Shown piece after piece: positions 1 through 11,146 of a stretch of 64,000 bases of DNA (its first letter is position 1; the number at the start of each line of letters is the position of its first letter). The translations under genes were made by a program, and so were the position numbers. Origin of the DNA: Eledone cirrhosa (lineage: Eukaryota); contig OZ024743.1 of NCBI GenBank assembly GCA_964016885.1, forward strand, positions 255,564,001 through 255,628,000, given 5' to 3'. The notes beneath the pieces were generated by a model. The model did no database searches and was not told where the DNA came from. It saw nothing but the letters and a program-made list of their open reading frames with translations.

Positions 1-384
1 TATGCATATGTATATACATGCATATGTATGCATGCTATTGTATATACACATAGATTCACACAAAGGCGACTGCTCCATTTTGTTTTTACAAATGAGATAG
101 CTATCTCAGAAAGGTAATGTACAAGTGGCTGAGTATTCAACAGACACATGTACATTTAAAATAATTCTCAGGGAGATTCATCAGGGTGCAATGTTTGAGA
201 ATATTGGATCTTTGAATTATTGATACAATCTATCCAATGGGCTTCCAAACAGTTTCTGTCTATCCAATTTTACCACAAGGTTATGTTAAATGACACTTGC
301 TCAAGACCCTAATGAGGTGGTATTAAACCCAGGACCATATTATTGTAAAGCAAACATCTTAACTATTCAACTGCATTATTCCTC

Positions 385-600
385 CATGCCACAACAGAAC
401 ACCATACTATACGACAACACTACACCACACCATACCACAACACAACACCACTCCACACCACAACATCACACTCCAATACAACGTTTCACCACACTATGCT
501 ACAACACAACACTATGCCACATACCAACACAACACTGCAACAAAATACCTCACCACACTCCAATACAACAACACACCACACCACACACACCACTTCACTA
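385..600. repeat. CA-rich low-complexity tract (ACACC/ACAAC-like units)
   Basis: Degenerate (acacc/acaac)n; accounts for the His/Thr-rich spurious ORF 290..634. Similar tract at 58890-59095. Confidence 0.8.
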
Positions 601-1492
601 TCAAAGTGGCTGCTTCACTAAATCATTCCACTAAATTATTTCTTTCTGCCATCTCATACTTTACTTTACTCCAAATAATATCATAAACAGTAAAGAAATT
701 ACTTTTATAAATGAGATTTCTAAATACATTTTCAAATTTCTGTCTCTCAGTTTTATATACACCTTCATTTCTTTTGATATTTTACTTTCTGTGGGTGGTT
801 TATGTGTTTATATAAACTCATGCATACACACAAACACAAATATGTGTGTATATATATATGTGTGTGTCTGCGTGTATGTGTGCATGTATGTATATTCAAA
901 ATAAGGAGCACATAGGTCAACAAGAAAAAAAAAACATTGGAAAAACAGTCCCATTTCCTCAGTCAATCTTTGAAAATCACTACAGTTTCGGTGCATTAAG
1001 GTTGTTACTATTCATTCCAGTGCACATTGGGACATAACAAAAACGGTAAAGACAATGACAGGACAAGTTATGCCTTTTGATGAATTACACAAATGTAGAT
1101 GCAAAAGGATCCAAAGTGCATCCACTGATAAAGAAGGAGAGAATGGTGTGTAAGGGTGTAGCTAAAGTAGAAAAAATAGAAAGGCGAGAAATAGAAAAAG
1201 TGAAAAGATATGGACTGCAGTCAAATGCGAAGACAAATAAGAATCACACTGAGACATAGAAAAGTTAAAAAGGGAAAAAAGAGGAAGACAGACCAGGTGG
1301 TGTGACATCTATTATATGATAGTTTAAAAAAAAAACCTGCATGGGTAAGTTTTTAGAATATGAATTCAAAATAGTGAAGTGCACACAGGACAAAGACAAA
1401 GGAAAAGAGAACAGAAGAACAACTATATATATATATATATATATATAGCGACGAAACATAAGTCAATTGCATGAACTCATAATCCTTTATTT

Positions 1493-1548
1493 ACTGCTAT
1501 ATATATTTCGATGATAGCCATTGAGTGGCTATGACCTCATCAGGCAGT
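1493..1548 (-). ncRNA. Type I hammerhead ribozyme motif, intact core
   Basis: Minus strand reads ACTGC-CTGATGA-ggtc ATAGCCA ctcaa TGGCTAT catc-GAAA-TATATATA-GCAGT: 5-bp stem I, 7-bp stem II core, palindromic stem III, followed by AATAAA. Confidence 0.8.
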
Positions 1549-1703
1549 TAGTCAGTTCTTAGATATGCCAGCTCTGTGTTTATGGTGTTGATTGTATCAG
1601 AGCCTTGGGACATATATATATATATAACGAAGGAAGTGTGGTAAGGAACCAGATGGACCATAACGTACCAGAGTACCCAATACTTAGGATAGTAGAGTGG
1701 GTA

Positions 1704-1830
1704 ATAGGAAAATGTTTAACCCCGACGGCAGAGCTCAAGCCGTTTCGACGGCTATTTCTGGACGCAAATATTTCTGTCCAGAAATAGCCGTCCAAACAGA
1801 TTGAGCTCTGCCATCGGAGTTAATCATTTT

Positions 1831-1835
<5 letters not shown>
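1704..1835. repeat. Fold-back palindrome (~60-bp imperfect arms) carrying the 3' half of an HHR
   Basis: 1704-1763 is the reverse complement of 1776-1835 with several mismatches. The left arm on the minus strand reads GAAA-CGGC-ttgagctct-GCCG-TC-GGGG. Confidence 0.8.

Positions 1836-1903
<68 letters not shown>
1833..1903. repeat. (TA)n microsatellite
   Basis: Pure TA run. Confidence 0.95.
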
Positions 1904-1904
<1 letters not shown>

Positions 1905-1906
<2 letters not shown>

Positions 1907-3168
1907 TATTGAAATTTCCGTTGAAAACAGAAAAGGTCATGGAAGTGAAGAGTGCTCTATGTAAGTACCAGAGCAAAATTTAATGTATAAAAATCAATAC
2001 AATATAATTACCTCATTACCAGAGGTTTCCCGAATGAGGCGAATACGAAAGAAACGTCTTCATTCGTTCCTCAGACGAGGCAATATAAAACATGGCTAAA
2101 TACTTGGAAAGTCTCATCAAGAAAAGCAAAAAAATGATATAAATATAGACAAAAGAATTACAATAGCCATATGAAATATATAAAAATCTTTCAAGAAATA
2201 TAGTTAGGTGTGTGTATATGTATGTATATACGCTCACAGATGTACATATATGTGTATGTACAAATGTATATTTATAGTGAAAAAGTGTGCATAAATATAT
2301 GTGTTAGGGCAGTGTATCTGTCAACTACAGACAGACATGATGTGGTTTTCTGTTTGGCAGGTACACAGAAATAGGGTAATAGATACATTATAAGAATATG
2401 AAGGCACGCGTATAAACTCACCCACACGCACGTATACTTATATGCGGAAGTAAAAGAGGTAAGGAAGTGTAATAATTAAAAGAAAGTATCATTCTCGATA
2501 TATTTATAAAAATGGAACAATAATTTAGAAAGAAAAATTAAAGAAAAGAAGACAAACAAGGTACAGGCGTACACACACACGTATATCTACAAGAAACGTA
2601 TATCTATAAGGAATATATATATATACACGCAAAAAACGTGCAGACAAAAGCGTATGCAAGCACATCTACACACACAGGATGCATATATATACGCATATAC
2701 GCCTCGCCCCATGTATATCTAATCACGCGCACGCACGCGACTGTATGCACACATACACACACACACAAAAATATACATGCTTATATACACACGCACACGC
2801 ACACATCCATACATTCGGTACGTAGACACACACACACATACATACACTCACGCATATTGACCTGTTGGCATGCACACGCATAAAAATGAGGATGTAAAAA
2901 AAGGGGGAAGAAAAAAACAAAACAAAAAACATAGATGTAAAAACACGGATATTAAGACACATATACATACACACACATATATATATATATACACGGAACG
3001 CGCGCGCACATACAGAGGCGCTCGTGTACATATATAGAAAGTATACACACATTAAGGCGTTCAGACACATAGATACAGGGTGTAAAAAAAACTTGTGGTA
3101 GTAAGTACAAATATAAAATTATAAGATTGGCTGCGAAAAAATAAAATAAAAATAAAAATAAAAAATAT
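1905..3168 (-). mobile_element. Solo 3' UTR/pseudo-LTR of the Penelope-like family at 5513-8271
   Basis: Colinear, diverged reverse complement of about 7190-8271, including the HHR; flanked by (TA)n on both sides. Confidence 0.85.
2007..2084 (-). ncRNA. Type I hammerhead ribozyme motif (PLE pseudo-LTR)
   Basis: Minus strand: ATTGCCTCGT-CTGAGGA-a CGAATGA..TCATTCG g-GAAA-CC tct GG-TA-ATGAGGTAAT. Confidence 0.75.
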
Positions 3169-3180
3169 TATATATATATA

Positions 3181-3218
<38 letters not shown>

Positions 3219-3526
3219 CTTTGTGGTATTCGTTCTGGCATTCTGCAGTCTGAATTCAAATCTTACCAAGTTCATCTTTGCCTTAAATCATTTCAAAGTC
3301 GTTATGGTGATGATTCTTCATATATATTTCTTTTTCACTCATTCTTTATTACTTTCTCTCTTTCGCAGGAAGAAATCTTCTGTATTGCAGCTTGATGAGG
3401 GAATGAGTTTCACCATGTTTAAAATGCTGAAGACATGCTCTATGTCACTATGCACAGCTACGAGTTCACTGGGAGTCATGAGGCTCTCTCTCTCTCTTGA
3501 TTGCCTAAATATATATATATATATCT

Positions 3527-3800
3527 AGGGTGGGTAAAATTCCCGAGATCCATAGACGAGTTGTCTCCAGCTGTCTTTGTCCTTCATCATCGCTGCCATG
3601 TCCTGCGTCAATCAGAGACCAGTGTTTGTGCTTATGGCATCAACATATGTCAACCTCAGTCTCCCTCTTCTAGTGTGTCTGTGTAGGGGCTCCCACAAGA
3701 GCACTGAGTGCAGTGTCAACTCTGAATGTCAGTGAATTTGTCCAGCTAACCTGTCTCCTCTGTGTTACTTTCGGGCTGACTTTTGGGAGGCTCCTGTACA
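3527..3800 (-). mobile_element. RTE-X-like LINE 3' end fragment
   Basis: Diverged reverse complement of 59978-60216, which encodes RRLRLAGHAHRHPE..LLWEP.HG..RRGRP..TYVD. Confidence 0.75.
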
Positions 3801-3824
3801 GTTTTGAGTTCTTCATCTTCAGTG

Positions 3825-5232
3825 TATATCCTGGGTATGACACTAAACTGCATCCAGTGGCAACACTCCAGTTTGGGAGTTCAGGAGCTGTGGGGAATTT
3901 GGAGTTACTCCTTAGTTGTTATCACTCCCAGGTCTGCTCTGGCCTGGAGTTGTTGTAGTACTTGTTAGGGCCCCATTTATGGGTTAAATATTACCTTACT
4001 CAAGTCGTCCAGGTAAGGTATTATCAGCCATTGAAAAGAACCATGGAGAGTGTATTTAACAGCACTAGGGTTAGAGCACCTAACAAAACTGTCAAGGAGC
4101 AGCCTGGTCATTATGACTTTGCTGGTCTAGAGCCACAGGGAGGGCCAGTGGAGCATGAATCAGCTATCTCTGAGAGGAATATAATGAATAGAGTTTTGTC
4201 CTGCAGAAGAGCCATTAAAATTGGCACACTGAATGTGAGGACTGTTCAGACGCTGGAGAAGAGAGAGGAGTTGGGTCATCTGTTCGAGAAGAGTGGTATG
4301 TAGATACTTGTGATGCAAGAACACAGGATCATACATGATGAGCCTGTGAAGAGAGTGATGATTGCAAAAAGGAGCCAGCTCATCCCACATCAGCAGTGAG
4401 GAACACAACTAATGCTGCAGTAGGATGAGTGGGTTTTGTGTTCAGTGCAAAAATTAATCTATTAGTGAGGAAAATCATACCTGTCTCCCACGAGTGTTGA
4501 CGATGACCTTCAATGGAAACCCAAGGCTGAGTCATCTCAGCCTATAGTCTAACCAAAGGAGACAGTGATGTGAGAGTAGAGGTGTTCCATGAGGAAATGT
4601 GTAAAGCTATCAACACCACACAAGCTCACAACATCCTGCTTGTTCTGGGTGACGTCATTGCACATCTGGGTAAGGAGAGCAGAGAAGATCCTTGGTGGTA
4701 CTTCCATAACAAACCCAGCCAAAATGGGAAACTACTGAGGGACACCCTGCTGGAGGCGAACTTGATGGCAACCAACCTAAGGTTTAGGAAGAATCTGGGG
4801 AAAACGGGGACCTACATCTCTGGTATGCACCTGTCCAAGTCCCAGAAATATTTCATTCTGGTGAGGAAAGAGTGGCGGAATAGTGTTCTGAACACAGAAC
4901 CATACAATTATTTCAATAGACTGGGCAATGACCACCAGCTTGTTATGCGTGAGGTCCGAGTAAGCTTAAGAAAGAGTAAGGCTCAGATACGGTGGCAATC
5001 TATGACTGGGGAGTTTTCAAGGAAGATGATAAGCTACAGGAGTGGTTCACAGTAGAAGTGAGGAACAGGTTCAGTGCTCTGTGTGGAGAGGCAGAGGCGA
5101 GAGAGATTGGAGGGACTGAGGAGAGTGTGACAAGGAGATACAGGTACTTTGCCACTGCAGTGGCAGAAGCAAGTGAGGCCATGGTGCCAAGGAGAGAGAA
5201 GAAGTGGAAGAATGGCAACTCTGCAGAGCCAA
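3825..5232 (+). mobile_element. RTE/RTE-X-like LINE 5' region with disrupted APE endonuclease
   Basis: IKIGTLNVRT, VMQEHR, LLVLGDVIAHLG and LGNDHQLV motifs spread over ORFs 3962-4303, 4570-5055 and 4992-5255, with stops and frameshifts. Confidence 0.8.
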
Positions 5233-5280
5233 AATATATGTGTGTATATATATAGAAGTGGTTACACAACAGTTAGTTCA

Positions 5281-5330
5281 CCATACCGAGAACAATTGTT
5301 TCACCTTAGCGGATCTTCAGCTCGTAATGG
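5281..5330 (-). ncRNA. Minimal type I hammerhead ribozyme motif
   Basis: Minus strand: CCATta-CGAG-CTGAAGA-t CC gctaa GG t-GAAA-CAATTG-TT-CTCG-gtATGG, with palindromic AACAATTGTT stem III; lies in a ~150-bp module between TA runs. Confidence 0.7.
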
Positions 5331-5521
5331 ACATGGTTATACAGAATAACTTGTCCCATGGACTGAGTGCTCTACCACTACGGATATTACCTTCCAGTGT
5401 TCTACCACTGTATATATATATATATAGGAACGAGTAGGACCCCAACGGCTGAGCTCAAGCCGTTTTGATGGCTAACCCACTCTACTACCCTAAGTATTGA
5501 GTACTTTGGTGCTCTTCCGTA

Positions 5522-6964
5522 GTACATTGGTTTAATAATATTAAAAACAAAATCAGTTCTAGATTCACCCAATTTGACATCGTAGATTTCTACCCATCTA
5601 TTACTCAGACCCTTTTAGTGAAAGCTTTAAATTTCGCTAGAGGGTTCACTAATATCTCCGATATTGAAGAGGATGTCATCTTGCATGCTAGGAACACTCT
5701 ACTTTTTAATGATAATGACACTTGGGTAAAAATATCTAACCCAGAGAACCCATTCGATGTCTCAATGGGCTCTTATGACAGTGCCGAGGTTTGTGATCTG
5801 GTCGGCCTATTCCTCTTACATACACTTAAAGAAAAATTTCCTAACCATATTTTTGGGCTTTATCGCGATGATGGTCTAATACTTTCCCATACCACCATAG
5901 GCCATAACTTAGATAGATTAAGGAAAGACTTAATAAAAACCTTCGCTAGTTTTAATCTTAAAATCACTATTGACACTAACCTTTCCAACGTAGATTTCCT
6001 AGATATAAACCTAGATTTGCCTACTGCTTTTTATAAACCATACCATAAACCTAATGAAAACTTAAAATATATAAATAAAGGATCTTGCCATCCACCTATA
6101 GTTTTTAAAAACCTTATCCCTAATATTAGCCGTAGGATCTCCACCCTCTCTTCATCAGAAGCTATTTTTAATAAGGCATCCCCCTACTATAATAAAGCCC
6201 TCCAAAATAGCGGCTTTAGCGAACCGATTAAATACATACCTAACTACACTAACTCTATTAAACATAAAAATAGGAAAAGAAAAATAATCTGGTTCACACC
6301 CCCCTACTCTCTAGCAGTTAAAACTAATGTAGGCAAAAAATTCCTAGAACTCCTAGATAAACATTTCCCTAGAACACATAGATACTATAAGATCTTTAAC
6401 AGAAACTGTGTTAAAATTAGCTATTCCTGCGGTCCCCCTATTAAGTCCTATATCCTCAACAAAATATCACCTAGAGAAAATCAAACTTGCTCCTGTAGAA
6501 TCAAAAGTGAATGCCCATTACAAGGTAAATGCAACACCAAAGCCATTGTATATGCGGCTAAAGTGACAACCATCAGCAACAACCATCCAGCCACCAGTGA
6601 ACGATATGTGGGTATGACGCAAGACAGATTCAAAACGCGTTATTACTCACATGTCGCATCCTTTCGACATCCAGAAAAAAGATTTACAACAGCTCTGGCT
6701 AGCAGAATTTGGGATTTGAAAGACCAAGGCATCCAATATAAACTAGATTGGTCAATTTTGAACCAATCTAAAAAATATGCTAGAGGAACAAGAAAATGCA
6801 CGCGCTGCATAAATGAAAAATTTTGGATATTGCAAAATCTTAAATCACCAAAGACCTGCCTGAACACAAAGACGGAAATTTTCACCAGTTGCCCACACAT
6901 GAAATCACACCTGCTTTCCAGCTCATATAAACTTAACACACTTTCAGATACTTATCCTCCATAA
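5522..6964 (+). CDS. PLE reverse transcriptase + GIY-YIG endonuclease (5'-truncated, uninterrupted frame)
   Basis: The frame of ORF 5618..6964 extends upstream to VHWFNN..QFDIVDFYPSI. Motifs: MGSYDSAEVCDLVG, GLYRDDGL, FLDINLDL, WFTPPYS, CSCRIKSECPLQGKC, AIVY..YVG..R..H. From memory this signature resembles Hydra-clade PLEs. Confidence 0.9.
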   Translation, partial: VHWFNNIKNKISSRFTQFDIVDFYPSITQTLLVKALNFARGFTNISDIEEDVILHARNTLLFNDNDTWVKISNPENPFDVSMGSYDSAEVCDLVGLFLLHTLKEKFPNHIFGLYRDDGLILSHTTIGHNLDRLRKDLIKTFASFNLKITIDTNLSNVDFLDINLDLPTAFYKPYHKPNENLKYINKGSCHPPIVFKNLIPNISRRISTLSSSEAIFNKASPYYNKALQNSGFSEPIKYIPNYTNSIKHKNRKRKIIWFTPPYSLAVKTNVGKKFLELLDKHFPRTHRYYKIFNRNCVKISYSCGPPIKSYILNKISPRENQTCSCRIKSECPLQGKCNTKAIVYAAKVTTISNNHPATSERYVGMTQDRFKTRYYSHVASFRHPEKRFTTALASRIWDLKDQGIQYKLDWSILNQSKKYARGTRKCTRCINEKFWILQNLKSPKTCLNTKTEIFTSCPHMKSHLLSSSYKLNTLSDTYPP

Positions 6965-7343
6965 ACTCTTATTATTCTCTTTTTAATTACCCTTTCTGAC
7001 TTACTTTCATTTTTATCCTTGTCAATAATTTCATTTATTTTCACTTTTATTTATTTTTACTTCACATCCCCCCCCCTTTATTCTCCGATCCATTTCCTAT
7101 TTTCTATTTTTTACTTCCCCTTCTTTTACTTCCCTTTTTCCTCCACTAACTGATTACACTTGTCTTTTGTGTTTTTCAATCCAGATATATTTTTCATTTT
7201 TATTTTTATTTTATTTTTGCGCAGCCTATCTTACAATTTTATATTTGTACTTATTTATCCACATTTCAATATGGCTGAACGCCTTAATGTGTGTATACTT
7301 TTTTTATATATGTATGAGTGACTACGTATGTGCGCGTGCATGT

Positions 7344-7377
<34 letters not shown>

Positions 7378-8167
7378 ATGTATATGTGTGTGTACAGGTG
7401 TTTGTGTGTGTGTGTATGTATATATTATGCGTATGTGTACGTGTCTTTATATCCGTGTTTTTGACATCTCGGTTTTATGTTTTGTTCCTTTTTTCTTCTG
7501 CCCCCCCCCCCTTCCCTCTTTTTTTACTTACTCAGTTTCATACGTGGGCATGCAAACAGATTTATATGCGTGAGTATAAGTATGTGTGTGTGTGTGTGTG
7601 TGTGTGTATGTACGTATCGAACGTATGGAAGTGTAAGTGCGCGTGTGTATATAAGCATAATTATTTTTATATTTCTTTTGTGAGACACGCGTGTCTGTGT
7701 ATGTATGTACCCCCCCCCCTTTTTTGTTTTCTTTAATTTTTTCTTTCTAATATCTTTTTCTAATTTATCGTTATTATATTTTTATAAATATATCGAGACT
7801 GATACTTTTCTTTTAATTATTACACTCCCTTTACCTCCTTTCTTTCCGCATCTAAGTGTACGAGTGTCCAGGCGTTTTATGCGCGCGCTTTCATATTCGT
7901 ATATTTACGATGTAACCATTTCTGTCTGTATAATACAGACATATAGATACATTTGCCCTAAATTTTAGAATTACGCACACTTTCTCACTATACATTTACA
8001 TGTGCACATATACATATATGCACATCTGTGAGCGTATATACATACATATACACACACCTAACTATACTTCTTGATAGATTTTTATATATTTCAATTTCTA
8101 TTTCATTTATCTATATCTTTTTTTGATTTTCTTGATGTGTTTTTCTAAGTATTTGCCCATGTTTTAT

Positions 8168-8245
8168 ATTGCCTCGTCTGACGAACGAATGAAGTCGTTT
8201 ATTTCGTATTCGCCTCATTCGGGAAACCTCTGGTAATGAGGTAAT
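8168..8245 (+). ncRNA. Type I hammerhead ribozyme motif in PLE pseudo-LTR
   Basis: ATTGCCTCGT(8168-77)-CTGACGA(8178-84)-stem II CGAATGA/TCATTCG-GAAA(8223-26)-CC tct GG-TA^ATGAGGTAAT. Stem I is 10 bp with 2 G-U pairs; predicted cleavage after A8235 (GUA). Confidence 0.75.
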
Positions 8246-8296
8246 TATATTGTATTGATTTTTATACATTATATATATATATATATATATATATGT

Positions 8297-8650
8297 GTAT
8301 CATCATCATCATCATTTTACGTCCGCTTTTCTCTGCTTGCAAGGGTGGGATGGGTCCTATTCAGCACAGCATCTCTCCACTTGTCACGGTCCTTCATCAT
8401 CTCCTCCGTGAGCTTCAGCGATCTGGGGTCCACTGTCACACCTCCACCCATGTTTTTCGAGGTCTTCCTCTACTCCATCTTCCTTCTAGTGGGATTTCTT
8501 GGCACTTCTTTACCCAGCCGTATTCCTCCATGCGCATCACATATCCATACCACACAGTCTTCTCTCCTGCACACCACATTTATCCCTCTAATACACAGTT
8601 TCTCTCTCAACTCATCTATGCTCGGCCGTTCACGCACATTGACGTTACAC
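8297..8650 (-). mobile_element. RTE LINE 3' end with (GAT)n tail
   Basis: [23 protein letters not shown] followed by a frameshifted WYGYVMRM-like segment; tail ..AGCGGACGTAAAATGATGATG. Confidence 0.8.
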
Positions 8651-8757
8651 ACACACATATATATATATATATGTGTATGTATGTATGTGCATATATATAT
8701 ATAAATGTATGTATATGCAAATATATATATATATATATAAATATATGTATGTATGTA

Positions 8758-8789
<32 letters not shown>

Positions 8790-8833
8790 ATCATATATAT
8801 ATATATGTATGAATGTGTGTATATATATATATT

Positions 8834-8884
<51 letters not shown>

Positions 8885-9372
8885 TTAAGCAATTAATTTC
8901 TCCTTTCATCATTTTATGAGATTCTCTAAAAGAATGAAAGTGGATATAGTTTGCTTAAACTTTTAATCCGTGCTAATAATAAATATTTGCTCTGCGGGTT
9001 TATATGTATTTTTGTGTAGATATATATACGTGTATATATTTTATTGCATATAACTCTAAAGCGGTCGTAAAAACGATGATGATGATGATGATATATCTCT
9101 TATCAAGTCCTCTCTGAATTTTAGTCTTTGTATTTACTACAACAACTACTACTACTTCTACTAAATATATATATAAATATATATATGTATATATATATAG
9201 TATAAGAATATTTATACTTATATATGTTTAATATACAACTATAAATATGGAGGGTAGTACTAAGTACTAGCTGGCTACCAGTATGATAAAAGACTCAATG
9301 CAAATTATCAAGTGTTTTACAGAGCCGAGATACAGTGTTAAAACAATCAAATTTTAGATTAATACATTTATT

Positions 9373-9419
9373 TGCTCACAATTGTTTCTTCCAGAGGGAA
9401 GTCTGGAATCATCGAAGCA
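9373..9419 (-). ncRNA. Decayed hammerhead motif
   Basis: TGCT-tcGATGA-TTCCAGA cttccc TCTGGAA-GAAA-CAATTG-Tg-AGCA-AATAAA; core and cleavage base are mutated. Confidence 0.55.
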
Positions 9420-9689
9420 TAGGGAATGTCTAAACAGGTGATTATAATCCTAGTCAATTCAGAACATTTAGGTAGATACTGTCATAGACATCATGTATAG
9501 AAAAAGTTACAAGCAAGGAAAAATGAAAGATAGGATAGATATAAGATATCTTAGCATTGGAGATCAGGTAATGTTAGGGGTCTACAATGCAGGAGTCAAT
9601 ACAATAAATAAGGCATGTATGAGGAAAGAGTTATATTACAGCTGAAATAAACATATTTTGTGTAGAATGTTAAACCATGTTATAAGTGC

Positions 9690-10030
9690 TAGAGATGTTT
9701 AAATGTGCTACATGCTAGTGGGAAGTGACCTTGCTTAATATGTAGAAAAGAAATAGGCATAAATTCTATATGATGTGCACAATATAAATATTGGGTACAC
9801 AAGATATGTAGTGGGATAAGAGGTAGACTAAGGGGAGGTGAACACTTTGTATGTAGATTATGCATAAGGGTAATCAACAGGCAGCACAACAGTGATATAA
9901 ACCTTTTCCAATCACATGAAAGATCCATAGAAATGTTTGATAGCTTCTGCTATCTAGGTGATCTAATTAACAGTAGAGGAGGGTGCTTTGAAATCATAAC
10001 TAATAGAATTATGATAGGATGAAAAAATCC
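9690..10030 (+). mobile_element. Old degenerate RTE ORF fragment
   Basis: Remnants of K*PCLICRKEIGINSI*CAQYKYWVHKICSGI and DSFCYLGDLINSRGGC, matching the RTE at 23490-26870. Confidence 0.7.
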
Positions 10031-10163
10031 AAATTCTTGATTATTTTTTAAATTATTTGAAATTTAGAGACAATGTTTTTCATTAGAAATCTGGGAAGGA
10101 AAGGGTAAAAATATTTGTATTTATCTAAAACCCTACCATCATAATTTTATGTAAGAACCTTTA

Positions 10164-10369
10164 TTAACCCTTTAGCATTTAAACCGGCTGTATCTGGCCA
10201 GAATACTCTCACCTTTTTCTGTTCAAAGTGGCTGTAACTAGCCACTCGTACTGATTTTAACGTATTGTTTTCAAAATAAATAATATCAAAATCTCATAGA
10301 TTCAATATTATGTGAGATATTATGTGAAATAAAGCCTTTATCACAAAAATGTAAATGCTAAATGGTTAA
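10164..10369. mobile_element. piggyBac-like MITE (TTAA target site duplication)
   Basis: TTAA-CCCTTTAGCATTTA ... TAAATGCTAAATGG-TTAA; second copy at 27838-28058. Confidence 0.75.
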
Positions 10370-11068
10370 ATTATGTTACCAAAACTATTTTAATAAGACA
10401 GTCAGCTGTTTTACTAAAGTCCTCAAAACATTTTATATCTTTCAAAATTATTTTTAAAAAAAACAGAAATATAGTAACAAAAGGGTTAACAGACTTGTTA
10501 TATGGTTATAAAGCAATCTTGTTTATTGTAATCAATTATTGGATTTAAAATGTATTTATTAGCTTTATATTGAGTTTTTATTATTTCTTTTTTTTTTTCA
10601 TAATTTAATATATTTTTGTTGCTTAACATGCATTAGTCTGGTGATTACAGGTGTAGATGTAGGTGTTGGTTTAGGTTATATTCTCTGGTAGACTTACCAC
10701 AGTCAGTTGTGTATTTTTTCTCTATCCATTATTAATTAGCTGCTGTTGTTGTTGACGGTGCTGGTGGTGTTGTGTTTGTTGCTTTAATAGATCTAGGTAC
10801 TGTCTAGGATAACACTGTGGTAAGCAATTAACAATTAAAAACAAAACCTCATTAATTATGTATGCACAAATATTTTTGTAGACAATGCTATCAATGATTT
10901 CAGTTTTAAAAACAACATATATCACCTCTGAACACCAGAACACCAGCATGATATGACAACAGACTTGTTTTTGTCCTCCCCCTTCTACTGAGAAAGGAAG
11001 TCAACAGTTATCGCATCAGCTAAGATACTTATGTATATATATATATACATATATATGTGTATTTGTGA

Positions 11069-11104
<36 letters not shown>

Positions 11105-11146
11105 TAGTATTAAACGATGATGATGATGTTATATATATATATATAT

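Larger units (their letters stand above)
5513..8271 (+). mobile_element. Penelope-like retroelement, 5'-truncated, with C-terminal GIY-YIG and a 3' pseudo-LTR carrying an HHR
   Basis: Open RT+EN ORF, long microsatellite-rich 3' UTR, HHR at 8168-8245, ends in (TA)n. Confidence 0.9.
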
